64,000 bases of DNA from Ruditapes philippinarum (GCF_026571515.1 NW_026852998.1:558001-622000), one strand, 5' to 3'. Numbered from the stretch's first letter, positions 23,611-36,998 are shown. A program made the numbers and translations. The notes: generated from the letters alone by a model not told the origin.

Positions 23611-24420
23611 TTAATATTTTAGCCACCCCATGAAATCACTACATGTTCACGGAACTGACAGACTTAACTGCGGCATGACTACAACAATTATTTGAAGAGC
23701 ATGTTGACTATGCATTTAGTATATTTATTATAAATCTTAACGTTTTAGTTTTAACGTTATTATTATTTTACATAAATGTATATTTTACATTGTTATCTTG
23801 CACGTCCATAGACGCTGTTTGTGACAAGAAAACTCAGGGATATATTTGTTGTATATTATGTTATTCACTCTGAAATTAAGATGATATTCGATACTTGCTG
23901 ACGTACTGGTTACGTGTGCCTGTATTTACATATGTGCATTGTATTTTAAAACTACATTGTTTAACTTTTAAAAATAGATCTATGTGTCTTTATTTTGATT
24001 TATCACCATTAATGTTTTTAAAAAATATTTGTAAATATTTGTGATTGATATTTGAAAGATAATTATAGTAACTTCTTTTAATGGGTATATAGCCCCAATC
24101 CATTTTAAACATGACCAAAGATTCGTATTTTATTCATGACATATGTATGTGTTCAGTTTTTAAAACTACTGTTTTACTCTATTTTAGCAATCAGTGATTT
24201 TGCTTCTGTGATATTCTCAATTTCATTAGAATTATTATATAAACACGTGCAAGAATAAGAATATAATTAAATGAAATGCCTTATTAGGATATATCCATAA
24301 TATTGGACTTGAATTTCCTCTCGTCAAGACCAACAGCTCAATATGGAGATCATTATTGACATCATTACTAAGATGGATTTAAATTATCAAATATGTATAA
24401 AAATATCAATAAGATCTGCA

Positions 24421-24629
24421 NNNNNNNNNNNNNNNNNNNNNNNNNNNNNNNNNNNNNNNNNNNNNNNNNNNNNNNNNNNNNNNNNNNNNNNNNNNNNNNN
24501 NNNNNNNNNNNNNNNNNNNNNNNNNNNNNNNNNNNNNNNNNNNNNNNNNNNNNNNNNNNNNNNNNNNNNNNNNNNNNNNNNNNNNNNNNNNNNNNNNNNN
24601 NNNNNNNNNNNNNNNNNNNNNNNNNNNNN
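24421..24629. other. Assembly gap (N run)
   Basis: 209 N characters. Confidence 0.99.
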
Positions 24630-25050
24630 TAATGTTCAAACTTCTCCAAATATTGATGTTTAATGAACATCTATGTTTGTCTTTGCTCGCCATTTATACA
24701 TTGTAATGACATCATGGGCATATGCCTTATGGAATTAAAGAATAAACTACTATGATAGTCAGCGTCACTGTGTCTTAAAAAGAGAGATACACTACACACG
24801 TATAAACAAACATAATATACTGTATATACAAGCATTTTGTGACGAATAAAAGTATTTTCTGTTAACAATTGTTTGTTGTTTATAATTATATAAATTAGCT
24901 TGTTACTGATGCGATTTTCTTTCTGGAAAACCACGAAAAACGATTTTTTCCTCTGTCTTTTAGAATACGTCAGTTTTTCCATATGGCACTTACCCTGCTA
25001 ACATCATACATTTGACATACCTTTCGATGCAAAGTAATTACAACCATGCA

Positions 25051-26313
25051 TTTTTATCCCCCGCCGATGGAATCGGGAGGGGGATATAGTTTTGGCGTTG
25101 TCCGTCCGTCCGTCCATCCGTCCGTCCGAATTTCGTTTCCGGAGTAGTTCTCTACAACTACTGGCTGGAATTCAACCAAACTTTATGGGAATCATCAATA
25201 TCAAGAGGAGATGCGCATATCGTCGGCTTGTTCCGGTCCGACCCTTTAACTCAGAGTTATGGCCCTTTATTAGTTATGTAGTATGCATATAGAGTAAAAA
25301 TCGTTTCCGGAGTAGTTCTCTGCAACTACTGGCTGGAATTCAACGAAACTTTATGGGAATCATCAATATCAAGAGGAGATGCGCATATCGTCGGCTTGTT
25401 CCGGTCAGACCCTTAAACTCAGAGTTATGGCCCTTTATTAGTTATGTAGTATGCATATAGAGTAAAAATCGTTTCCGCGCTACTTCTCTGCAACTACTGG
25501 CTGGAATTCAACGAAACTTTATGGGAACCTTCAATACCAAGAGGAGATGCGCATATCGTCGGCTTGTTCGGGTCAGACACTTTAACTCAGAGTTATGGCC
25601 CTTGATTAGTTATGCAATATGCATATGGAGTAAAAATCGTTTCCGGAGTAGTTCTCTGCAACTACTGGCTGGAATTCAACGAAACTTTATGGGAATCACC
25701 AATATCAAGAGGAGATGCGCATATCGTCGGCTTGTTCCGGTCAGACCCTTTAACTCAGAGTTATGGCCCTTGATTAGTTATGTAGTATGCATATAGAGTA
25801 AAAATCGTTTCCGCACTACTTCTCTGCAACTACTGGCTGGAATTCAACGAAACTTTATGGGAACCTTCAATACCAAGAGGAGATGCGCATATCGTCGGCT
25901 TGTCAGACACTTTAACTCAGAGTTATGGCCCTTTATTAGTTATGCAGTATCCATATAGAAAAATATTTGTTTCCTCGCTACTTCTCTGCTAATACTGGCT
26001 GGAATTCAATGAAACTTTATGGGATACTAAGAGGAGATGTGCATATAGTTGCCTTGTTCCAGTCAGATACTTATATCTCAGATTTATGGCCCTTGATTAG
26101 TTATGTAGTTTGCATACATCTCATTGGCATTTCCAGATTTTACTATTTAACACAAAGTTATGGCTCTGTTATTGCCCTGAATATTTATCAAGTTCAAAGA
26201 ATATTACTGTTTATGCCATGATTAATATATAAATAAAGCCTTATGTCTCCAGTTGTTGTGTTAATAATAACCAGTACTCGGCGGGGGATATAAATTCAAC
26301 GAATTTGCTTGTT
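25051..26313 (+). mobile_element. HINE/pearl-like element with ~6 x 168-bp internal tandem repeats
   Basis: 5' TATCCCCCGCCG subTIR with nearby IR, (GTCC)n, units at 25133/25301/25469/25637/25805, 3' CGGCGGGGGATA subTIR + AAATTC..GAATTT hairpin + CTTGTT end. Confidence 0.9.
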
Positions 26314-26795
26314 ATAACTTGATAGTTTATAGAAACGAATTGGCTTCTTTTTATCTTTTAGCAAAAGCTAGGTCACCCAACATGACAATACATTAAATAT
26401 TCTGATTAGACTTTATTTTTTCATGGATTTATGTCCTCGTGTTATTTTATTTTCTTTCCGGAACGTCTGTAACAGGTATTTTGCAGTACTAAAAACTTTG
26501 ATGTGTTTTTCTCTTTCCGTGGCAATCTTGGGGTGAAAATAGAGCGATGATTGCTGTTACTTGTTTTCCTTGCCCCTATGATCCAACCATAAAATATTGG
26601 GAGCCAACTGACCAATGAGAATCGTTCTTTGTAATCAAAAATCCGGCTTGCAGTACTTGATTTGCGATGATTCTCCTTTTTAACACGGCCCACACCAAAC
26701 TCAACACATTCAATTTTGTACTATTTTGGCTTACACCTTGGGAAGCAACTTTGGTCACGTGACCACAAAAGTCAACGTACACGGTCAAAATCATA

Positions 26796-27040
26796 TATAG
26801 GTACTAGGTTTCGGGAAAAAATCCTTCTGAAAGGTTTGTAGAACTCATTGAATGTAACGATTTTTTTAACTAGATGTCTCGATTCTAAAAACGTCATTTT
26901 TTCGATGTTACTAAAACATCGGAAAAATGACGCTTTTAGAATCAAGACATCTGCGATAAAAATCGTTACATTTGAAATCTTTGAGTTCTACAATTAAACC
27001 TCTCAAAAGGATTTTTTTATTCCCAAAACCAAGTGTCTAT
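26796..27040. repeat. ~240-bp imperfect palindrome
   Basis: Arms pair outward from CGATGTT-ACTA-AACATCG (centre ~26912): AAACGTCATTTTT/AAAAATGACGCTT, AGATGTCTCGATTCTAAAA/TTTTAGAATCAAGACATCT, AATGTAACGATTTTT/AAAAATCGTTACATT, TTGTAGAACTCA/TGAGTTCTACAA. Confidence 0.85.
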
Positions 27041-28977
27041 GGCCAAAATGAGCCAAAATAGCTCGGCTGAGGTAGAATTTTTGTGTGATTATTTTTCTAT
27101 CGAAAATTCAGTAATTAATTAATTAATTAATTAACCTTAGAGAGCTTTTAAAGGTGTTACTTCTTCAAACATTAGCAGAAGGATTTCAAAACGTCCTGAG
27201 ATGCCTGGTTAAATGAATTTCTAAATCACAGAGGGAGCTAGCATCTACATACAGGTGGCACTGTATTAAACAACTCATCTGCATGATGATTGGTCTGAAA
27301 AAACTAAAACGTCACTAAAATTTACTGAACAAAAATTTAAGGCTTAATTATCATTTAGGTACATTACTATTCTAATAACAGACTGTCATTTATTCATGGA
27401 AAAGCTAAACATAAAACAATATTAATGTTTTATTCAAATGATGATAATAATGACAAAGTTTAAAAGAATCAAAATACTACTTTAATTATGGTTCCAGTGA
27501 AATGAGTTATTTGTTTGTTTGTTTGATTTTTATTTATTTATTTATTTATTATCGTACATTATATCTAAACACGTCTTTTTAAACATTTTTGACGAATTAA
27601 AAGTATGTTATTATTATCTGTAAGTTGTTTACTTTTTACCAGTTTTAGCTTGCAAATACAGTACCGAACAGCACATATACTTTATTTCTGACTCGGGCTC
27701 ACCACCCATCATCATAACACACATATACATGTATATCTATTACAAAGCATGCATCAAGAAATCATGTTATTATGAATTCAATCAGTTATATTCCCATATA
27801 AAGAAATACATACAAAACATGATATAGTTAATTTAATTTATTGAGGATGTCAAAAAAAAGAAAAATAAATTACTACATTAATAATATCATATTGATGTGC
27901 TAATCTACTACATTGTCTCGTCTTTCAAACGATTTGCTACAAAATATTGCCAATTTTCTGATAACCATTTAACAACTGTATGAGTTTGTAAATACTGGGT
28001 TTAGCAATGTAGTATCTTGAAATATATATATATACATACTTCAAAAATCTCTATAAAATGGACATATTAATGAATAAAGTGAAATTCAGCCTCTATATCA
28101 CCAGACATACATATTGTGCATTTTCTTTGACTTTTTTCAATACCCCTATGTCTTTTAGATTCCAAATATAGTTTGTGGGAACCTAATATTATTTTTGCAA
28201 GTATTGATCTGTGTTTGGCATTTTGTAGATGCATGTAGTAGATCTATTTCACAATAATAAAATGTATTGCAGTTGGATAGCTTATTGTCGGGAACCTTAA
28301 ATTCGTTTACACAAAACAAAAGGTATAAGACTGCAAAACAGTAATTAAACAATAACTGACAGTCAATTTACAGTAATTAATGTTCAATTACTAGAAGTTT
28401 ACATCAAATTTTGCAAGTTTATGCAATTGATGAATTCGTTTTGATGACAAAAACAAACATTCGAACGTTTTCCAATCGGATATTCATCACACAAATTCAA
28501 TTGCTTTAATTAAAATGTACTTGTGTTTGTAGATTATCTCTTTTCGTCGTTTCCTTTCATTTTCTCGCATAGCAACGACATAAAAATACTTGACACACCA
28601 ACAGTAAATAGTGCAATAGATACCATAACGTTCGTCGATCGGCAAATAAAAGAATAAAAAAGTTGTATCCTTCTAAAAAGCCGGTTTTTTTCTAACTTTC
28701 AATTGATTTGGCATGATACTTATCATTTTAATTCCATTATTTCTCTATCTATCTATCCGGGTGGAAACGGGTATCGAGACCAAGCAGAAATTTTATACAG
28801 CCAAGCATTCAGAATAAGTATTTCCTTTATATTTAACTGTTGTCTTTTCAAAGTTTTACAAAAGTTTACTCATCAAGAGAGAATATCTAAAATACTTTTG
28901 ATATGTTTATTTGCACCTTATCATGCAAAATCCCTAATTTATTCTAGTCTTTCAGGCACGTTTTCAACGGCACATAA

Positions 28978-30204
28978 TTATCTTTCGGTACTGAAAAGTT
29001 TAATGTGTTTGTTTCTTTCCATACCAACAAACAGCATTGCAGTTTTAGGATGTAGAAAGAGTGATACAGGATTGATTACCTGATCTTTTTCGATCACTTC
29101 CTTTATTCTTTTGCCCCTTTTATCCAACCGTAAAACATTGTTTGACATGAATCCGCTGATCAACACATTGCCTCGACCGTCGTCACATATTCCATACGGC
29201 GATTTAAGCTTGTCATTTTTTATTCTTCGAATTTCATTTCCCTGTAAATCAAGAACTTTTACGTCATCTGCGTCGGTCACAAACACTTCATCTGAGGCGC
29301 TGTTTACAAAAATTTGTCTTGGTCTCGTGAATAATTGTTTTCCGGTGTTGTCGTTGATAACCTTACGTTTTCCATCCATGGCAACAACTCGGACATGGCC
29401 AGGTCCTTCATTTCCTATTCCAGCACAAGCAACATAGAAGTTATCTTTGTGGTAAAAAAGGCCGCGACAAGGTTGGTCAACTTGAATATCCCTTTGAACC
29501 TTTATTGTGTGGTCGTCAACTGTTAGAATTTGGATTCGTTGAGCATCAGTTAATGTTACTGCATATTCGTTTTTCTTGATTTTGCAAAGTCCCCAAGGAC
29601 AACCTCTGCATTTAAGAGCATTTAACACATTTTGTGAGCTATCTAACAGCTTGATTGTCTGATTCCAAAAATCAGCGACAATTACGCTTCCATCTTCAAG
29701 AGCCTGTGTGCTGTAGATATGGTAGGCCAAATATCCGTCCTTTTCGTGCGATATATTTAAGTCACTTACATATGTCACCATGAAGTCTTTATCATCTAAC
29801 GCTTTCACGTTAGGATTTCCCTCTGATTTCATTGTACTCATTAGATCATCAACAGTTATCCCAAGCTGCCGCGTTTCTATTTTAGTTGTGTCTAACATTT
29901 TCTGAGTGTCTGCTATAGTCTCATATATATTTTTAGCACAATCAAGAACTTTTGTTTCATCGTTGATAAGACCAATGTTTGTTCCAAGATGTTCTAAAGT
30001 ATTTACCATTTCTTCTGTCTGTCGCAGCTTCGATAAAGTATTTCTACAATATTCCTTAACCCTATTCCCAATTTGTTTAGCCGTTCGTTCGTATAAAATA
30101 GAGCCATTCTCTGACCCATACTGTAGAGACTCAAGTCTAGATTGTGCAGCTCTAGAAGCAGATTTTCTACTTGAAGCTGACATAGCTGAATACTCTCTGT
30201 ACAT
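28978..30204 (-). CDS. Coiled-coil + NHL-like six-bladed beta-propeller protein (TRIM2/3/71-like C-terminal half, no RING/B-box in this exon)
   Basis: 408-aa uninterrupted ORF. Helical N-terminal ~130 aa, then blade motifs (DGSVIVADFWNQTIKLLD, PWGLC, PRQIFV...EVFVTD, PYGICDDGRGNVLISGFMSNNV). Acceptor-like TTTAAAG sits 1 nt before the ATG. Confidence 0.82.
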   Translation of the reverse strand: MYREYSAMSASSRKSASRAAQSRLESLQYGSENGSILYERTAKQIGNRVKEYCRNTLSKLRQTEEMVNTLEHLGTNIGLINDETKVLDCAKNIYETIADTQKMLDTTKIETRQLGITVDDLMSTMKSEGNPNVKALDDKDFMVTYVSDLNISHEKDGYLAYHIYSTQALEDGSVIVADFWNQTIKLLDSSQNVLNALKCRGCPWGLCKIKKNEYAVTLTDAQRIQILTVDDHTIKVQRDIQVDQPCRGLFYHKDNFYVACAGIGNEGPGHVRVVAMDGKRKVINDNTGKQLFTRPRQIFVNSASDEVFVTDADDVKVLDLQGNEIRRIKNDKLKSPYGICDDGRGNVLISGFMSNNVLRLDKRGKRIKEVIEKDQVINPVSLFLHPKTAMLFVGMERNKHIKLFSTER

Positions 30205-30861
30205 TCTTTAAATAAATGAAATGCACCAATACCATAACATATACCGGTATATTTGTTTAGTTTAAACCATTAGCTTTTATCACAGCTTTAAATGATTTCT
30301 TACGCTTTTATTAAATCTTGTACGAATGCCAAGTGTTTTGAAATTGTTTATGTCATTTTTTTATTTTTATCACATTCACAGACTGGTGTACGTGGTGTCA
30401 CTTGATAAACATATTTATATATACTCGTTTATATTTTACAATTGTTAAAATAAGTTTTTGGAAATGTTAATGAGACGTTTTCAAAAATAAAGATCGATAA
30501 ATATATAGACTTATCTACTTTAAAAACGCACCACTCGTATTTAGTTAGTTTAAACATATCTATTTCAATATTTTACATATTTTACATTTTTATATGTATT
30601 TACATGAAAATGAGAAAGATGGCATGGAACTTTGAACGAATATAATGCTACATTCATATCGTACGTCCTTTTCAATATTGTCCAGAAACTTTAACACTGG
30701 CCGTTTATTTATAAATGGACTGTATTTATACTTCGACATAACAACCCTTTGGACAGACAAGACATTAAAGTAGAACTAAACCTTGACATATAAATGGCAT
30801 TGACCTTAAAGGTCAAATACTTAAATTTTACTTGATTTTTGCTATAACCCTGCTATTTTTG

Positions 30862-30981
30862 TTTGTTTGTTTATTTGATTGAGTTTTTCGTCACACCTAC
30901 ACAGTTTAGGTCATATGGCGACATTCCAGCTTAACTCTTGCAAGAGACCTCAGGTGCCCTTCCGTGCATTATTCAGGCACG
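30862..30981 (-). mobile_element. 3' fragment of the same SINE family as 44378-44562
   Basis: Reverse complement GTGCCTGAATAATGCACGGAAGGGCACCTGAGGTC matches GTGCCTGAAATAATGTACAGAGGGACACCTGAG at 44530; (AAAC)n tail. Confidence 0.65.
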
Positions 30982-32227
30982 TTGTTATAATATATATTAT
31001 ATGAATGGTGGTCTTCATATTTGGACACACCGATCCATCGGACATGACTTCCTCTCATCATTGACCCTGATTCCGAAAGTCAAATTAGTGAATTTTGCTT
31101 GATTTTTTGCTTTGTTACCTATGAATTAAGAAATCAGGAATACTATAATTTAATATTCATATCTGTAAAAAAGTCTAGAATTAAAAAAATTCTTAAACAA
31201 AATAACTTCATTATTGGAATTTCTATAGCCTGGTCATGTGCTACGTACATGTTTGTAGAGTTTTTCACTAAGTGAACTTATTTTAGGAGTTCCATTTCAT
31301 TTTTATCATTCAATTTGATTGATTATTTCTGCTCTTCTTAAGTATTGAATTATCTTTACTAACTATAGTTACGCATGACAAATTTAACATTATTCAACTT
31401 TTCTTTCAAAACTTTTTTTTTAATTTACAGACGATATTAAATGAGAGCTGATTCAATACTGAATTTATTGAACGAGTTTTGTAAAATTACATTATGCGAG
31501 CCTCTGTTTAATCTATGCGAATATATGTACTCTATTTATCAAATAACCAACATAAGAACTGTTTATGTACAATGAAAACAATCCTTTTTTGTTATTGACG
31601 CGTCTTTAGAGAAACGCTTTAGGATATGCTTGTTTAATGTTTTCACTTTTATTCAGAGTAAACTGAGTGCACGGGTGTATATTGTTTATCTCTCTTAATA
31701 ATTCAACAGTGTTAGTGTTTTTCCTGCGTATTGAAAAACAATCAGCTAACAATATTTTCCAGATCATTTTCATGTAATTTAATAAATTCGTTTCCGTGAA
31801 TTAATTGTTGCTATTCTTTCATAAAGTGTTTTCTCTAGAGATCCAAGTGCAAAACAAAAGTGCATATGTTTGAGTGGCCTTTGTTCCCATCGCTGTTCCT
31901 TTTTTATTCTGGATATATTTACTATCAAAGTAAATAGTTATTTTTTTTAGAGTAAGTTGAAGTGATTTCAATAAAGATGGATGTAGGAATCTAGTATCTA
32001 TTTTATCGGGAAAATTGGGAAATTTTAAATTGAATGTAGACCAAGATCATGTGGATGGAATGTTTGTAGACATCTTAAGTAACTTAAATAGTGTCTTTCT
32101 CTACATTTTCCGGAAAGTAATTGAGGAAGTCTTAGTCATCTCGAATAAAAATAGGTTTTTAATATGAGGTCTAAAAGCGAGGGTTCAAAGGTAAAAGGTT
32201 ATAACTGCCATTTTTGCTGAAATCGAC

Positions 32228-33080
32228 TTTTTATGTTTTTGTATTTTCTGATCGTAAGATCAGTAAATACATAGCTAACATCCACGGTCTAACACAAAAT
32301 TTCCTTACAGTCCTAACAACGCAAAGTAGTTCTCACTCATAACTGCTTAAAAACCAGCAATTTAAAAGAAAGAATAATTTTTAATGTAGGCATTTAACAA
32401 ATTACAGTGCATTAAAAGTTTAGATTAGTCAATAGAAATATGAGGTTACAATCACAAATTTCGCGGATGAATATCTTTATAACCCAATGAAAAATGTTCG
32501 GCTATTTCCGTAAAGCTTCGGATTATCATGAATATCATTTTAATCAATGAAAATGCTATTTTTAGCTATGTCGATTAATGAATACTCCAGAGCGTAGTAC
32601 ACAAATAAATCTGACTGTCGAGTAGTGGAATATATACATGTCGGACTGTTTTGGCGAGAAGATTTTCGCTAAATTATTTTCATCAGTGTTAAACAACAGG
32701 TTTATCGTGAACAAAATACCTCGAAATTAATAAGGATTGCAAACACGAAATGGAAATTCTCAATTTAGAATTACATAATGTATTCGTTTTTATTCAAGGT
32801 ACATATGTATTACTTCGCCGTGGTGCAGAGGTAAGCGGTCTCGTTGAGGGTGTGAGAGGCCTATGGTTCAAATCCTAGTCGAGGCAATTATATTTTTTTT
32901 CATGCAAAATTCCATATGCATCAATCTCAAACTGTTATAGAAGAAAATCAAAACGCTGTCGCTGCGTAAGATGAATTATAGTATATAAAAATAAACTTAT
33001 ACAGGAAAGTACATACAAATAGTCAGTATGATTTAGATTGCAAAGATCAGAAAATACCATAGAGCTGCAGCCCTTTGATT
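32228..33080 (+). mobile_element. HINE-like element with tRNA-like segment; copy 2, nested in the Sola transposon
   Basis: Homologous to 4731-5860 with the same termini; sits ~50 bp inside the left end of the Sola element. Confidence 0.75.
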
Positions 33081-33410
33081 TATAATGTACTTATTGTCCT
33101 TTATGTTTGGCGAAAATATTATATAAATATTCAATCCTTATAAGGGCAAAACATTAAAAAGTATTTTGTAATAACTTTTTTTCTACAAATTATGTAGGGG
33201 TAAACGGTGCTAAGTGTATTTATGACCTGTTGTTTACTTGTTGTTCCACATGTTGTGAAGAATCTGTAGTGGAAAAAGGTTATAACTGATTTTATCACCT
33301 TTTTCCTCTGACACAATACTGCATTCATACAGTTCACAGGCACTATCTGTTATCTCTTTTCCCAAGAAATTTATCTTGTAGATTTAAATGCAGCGAGAAT
33401 ATAACCGAAG

Positions 33411-35005
33411 ATGAAAGACAGAAAATATTCAGTACATACTGGTCAATGGGTGATTACAAAAGTCAGAGGCAATTCATTTGTTTCCATGTTGCCAATAAAG
33501 AACCAGAAAAGGTATCTAAACAGAGAAGAAAACAAAGAACTACTTCAAATTCGTTTTTCTTCACAGTTGGTGGCAAAATGGTTAGAGTGTGCAATGACTT
33601 TTTCTAAAAACTCTCGATGTCGGTTCCAAAACAGTTGCAAACGCAGTTAAGCACAAAGTGGCAGGGTTATATGTTGGAAATGACAAGAAAGGGAAAGCTG
33701 TGCCTGGAAATAAAACAAAGAAATATCACAGATCATTTGTAAAGAAACACATCGAAAGCTTTCCGACTTTTGAATCACACTACACACGAAAAGACTTCAA
33801 CAGGAAGTATCTAACGCAAGATTTAAGTATAAGACGAATGTACTCACTGTATGTAGAAAAATGCAAAGGACAAAATAGAAGGTGTGTTTCAGAGTCTGTA
33901 TACAGAAACATTTTCTGTACAGTATATAACTTGTCTTTCTTCCATCCTAAGCAAGATCAATGTCCACTCTGCAATCTGTATGACACTTTGAGAATGGAAG
34001 ATAGACTAGATGAGGCAACAAAAGCAAAATATCAGGCACACCAAGAAAGAAAAAAACAATGCTAGAATGGAAAAATCAGCCGATAAAGAACGGACAAAGA
34101 AAGATCCAAAGTTTTCTGTGTCGGCATTTGATATCCAGGCTGTATCGCCAAACACCATGCAGTTTAATTGGTGAACTTTATTACAAAAGAAAACTGTGTT
34201 GTTACAATAATTATTTGTCATTCTATGAACTGGGAAATGGTAACGGGACTTGTTATCTTTGGGATGAGACACAGGGGAAACGAGGCTCGTGCGAAGTAGG
34301 AACTTGTGTGTACTTGTGTGTTACTGCTGATGCAAGTAAGACATCTGTTATTGAAGAAGTGACATTATATAGTGATACATGTGGGGGAGCGAATCGCAAT
34401 CAGTTTGTTGCAAGTTGCTTAGTTCACTGTGTCCAGTATATTCCTCACATCAAGTGTATAAACCACAATTTACTCGAAAGTGGTCATTCAGAAATGGAAT
34501 GTGATTCCATACATGCATCTATCGAGCATGCAAAAAGCCTCACAAAAGTACAGGTTCCATATCAGGGGGAAACAGTTATATCATAAGCACGCCGGAAGCA
34601 ACCATATATTGTCGTTCTAATAAAATACACTGACATACTAGATTACAAGTTGTACAAAGAACAAAACTTTGGCTCAATGAAATTTGATGTTGATGGAGAA
34701 CGTGTTAATTGGCTGAATATAAAATGGATTCAAGTTCGTAAAGACAAAGAAATGAAAGAATACAGTATTTTTGTGAACTATGGTTTTTGATGTGAGTTCA
34801 ATGCAGAAGAAGAGCAGAAGCAAAGAAAAGTCTCTTAAGGCTCTACGAAAGGCTTATACAGAGAAACTCTCAATATATGCTGCAAAAAAAAGCTGATTTT
34901 ATGTCTCTGGGACAATTCCGAATGAGTACGAATCATATTACGAGTCATTGCCATGCAGCAAATCTATAAAACACAAACTGTTATTGAGAGTGAAGAAAAT
35001 GAGTG
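33411..35005 (+). pseudogene. Frameshifted Sola1-type DDD transposase
   Basis: Motifs spread over several frames: ESHYTR..YL..DLSIRRMY, FFHPKQDQCPLC, AFDIQAV, YYKRKL, WDETQGKRGSCEV, YSDTCGGANRN, GHSEMECDSIHASIE. Frameshifts near 34060 and 34145 and stops downstream. Confidence 0.85.
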
Positions 35006-35774
35006 AACTTCATGGAATAATTAATGACAAACATTCACATTTTGTGACAGTAGTCTTTATTTACTTAACTATGATATGGGTCACTAATATCCTTAATTGC
35101 TGATGTCTGGGGTATGTTTGACTTCAATTCGATTATATACCAGAGAACATTCAAAATAAATGAAAATTTGTAAACTTAGATTTTAGTGCGTATTTTCCTA
35201 ACTTTTTAGTTATCAATTATTCTGTAGAATCTAAATATTGAGCAGGTATATATTTCATATTTCTATGAATGAAAATTGTCAATTTTGTGTTTGAGTATTA
35301 TTGTGCATGTGTGTTAATGACATTACGTAAGGTTCTTCAAAGTAAGGACATAATTAATAAATTTGCAACAGTAACAATTACTGCAACATCTAAATTCTTT
35401 TCAGAGGAACAAGGCTATAAATATCTGTAAAATGATATTATTTTGATCTTAGAACTTTAAAACAAAACATAATTACAGTGTTTTATCAGCACCAAGCAAG
35501 GTAAACTAAACAAAATATGACCTAACGTAGTCAACAAATATGGGAGAATCAAAATTGTTATAAGAATATTACGGAAAATAAAGTTGTATTAAAATATATG
35601 GTTTTTTGCGTTTTTCTCGAAATATTGAAAATGGCAGTTATTACCTTTTACCTTTGAACCCTCGAAAGGTGGCTAAGTCTCTATGTTACACTGTTAGGTC
35701 CCCATACAATATGTCTAAACTTTTATATCATCTAGTGCAGAAACTTTAATATATTTTAATTTATTCGAGCTTAA

Positions 35775-36224
35775 TTCCTACTTTTAAACAAACTCACGAC
35801 AAGGCTGAACTACTTGGATATATTTTTTGAATATTTAATGTGTGGTCGTTGACTGTTAGACTTTGGATTCGTTGAGCATCATGTAATGTTACTCCAAATT
35901 CGTTTTTGTTCAAACGTCAACCTCTACATTCAACAGTCGACACGTTTGCGAACATCTATGAGTTTTATTTCTTTGTTCCAATAGTACCAATGCTCGTCCC
36001 TACTTGTTCTAAATTTTTCACCATTTTTCCTGTTTGTCGATCGAAGTTTGTTCAATGTATAACCGGAATATTCTTTGACCACAGTTCCAATTTGTTTAGC
36101 ACTTCGTACAAATAGCATAGAACCAGTAACTGATTCAAGTCGTACACAATCTAGTCTAGTTCGTGCAACTATAGCTGCAGATTTTCTACTTGGTCCTAAC
36201 ATTGCCGATTACTCTTTGTACAGT
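35775..36224 (-). pseudogene. Decayed, internally deleted duplicate of the NHL-like gene
   Basis: 36224-35950 aligns with 30204-29930 (SAMLGPSRKSAAIVARTRL vs SAMSASSRKSASRAAQSRL). 35910-35780 aligns with 29577-29455. ATG changed to CTG, early TAA, frameshifts. Confidence 0.82.
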
Positions 36225-36998
36225 CTAAAATGACAGATTTAATGTTTGTCACTAGAACAATCGCAAATTGTTAATTTAAAAATTTAAAGTTGTAAAAAGC
36301 TTTTTTTGTTTGCTTTTTGATAACGTTCATCCTGAAAACGTCGAGTTTATTATATACTTATGAATGAAATATTGAGAAATATTGATGAAATAAAATGCGT
36401 ATTTTTATTTTCCGTATTTTCACTGTAAAAATTTATTTTTCACTGGTATTTTCCGTATTTTCACTGGTGTCTTGCCGGACTACTTTCTTCTAAATTCAGC
36501 TAATAAACAAAATTAAAAGGGAACTCTTTCTATTCATAGGCTAAATGAAGAAAAAAAGTATATAATAAACAGAAAATTCAAGTTTTTTCCATAAATACAG
36601 GATTTATTTTCATTTTGTGGTAAGAAAATTATCATATATCACTCGTGGCTACTGCCACTCGTGAAATATTTATTTTCAAACCAGTCGATGAAAATAAATC
36701 CTGTGTTTATAAAAGAAACTTGAATATCCTCTATATATTGACTTTCTCTGTCTGAAAATTTAGGATTATGCCATGCCGACTCAAAACTTTCTCTATATCA
36801 TGTCATCATTTTTCAAAGATTTATAACATATCGAAAAGGTTGTCGAATAGCTTTATCACTTAATTATATGAAAAGGTTGCGGGTATATGTACACACTATA
36901 ATCAATGTTGTTTTGCTTAAAAGCTAAAATGCAAAGAGTAACATGGGACAAAACGCCTAACTTAAGCATCTTTCTATGATGAACCCATACATATTTAC

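Larger units (their letters stand above)
32178..35664 (+). mobile_element. Sola1-type DNA transposon, both ends intact, transposase inactivated
   Basis: 37-bp TIRs CGAGGGTTCAAAGGTAAAAGGT(T/A)ATAACTGCCATTTT with one mismatch; 4-bp TSD AAAG; internal transposase remnants. Confidence 0.88.

Noticed and set aside
24343-24693. Four ORFs spanning the N run
   Set aside because: Artefacts of the assembly gap.
25092-26221. Repeated ORFs in satellite arrays (also 14022-14332, 50768-52512, 57564-58712)
   Set aside because: Translations of non-coding tandem units inside HINE-like elements.
29111-30211. Antisense ORFs over real exons (also 2524-2763, 23028-23477, 55486-55800)
   Set aside because: Shadow frames of genuine coding sequence, with no recognisable protein features.
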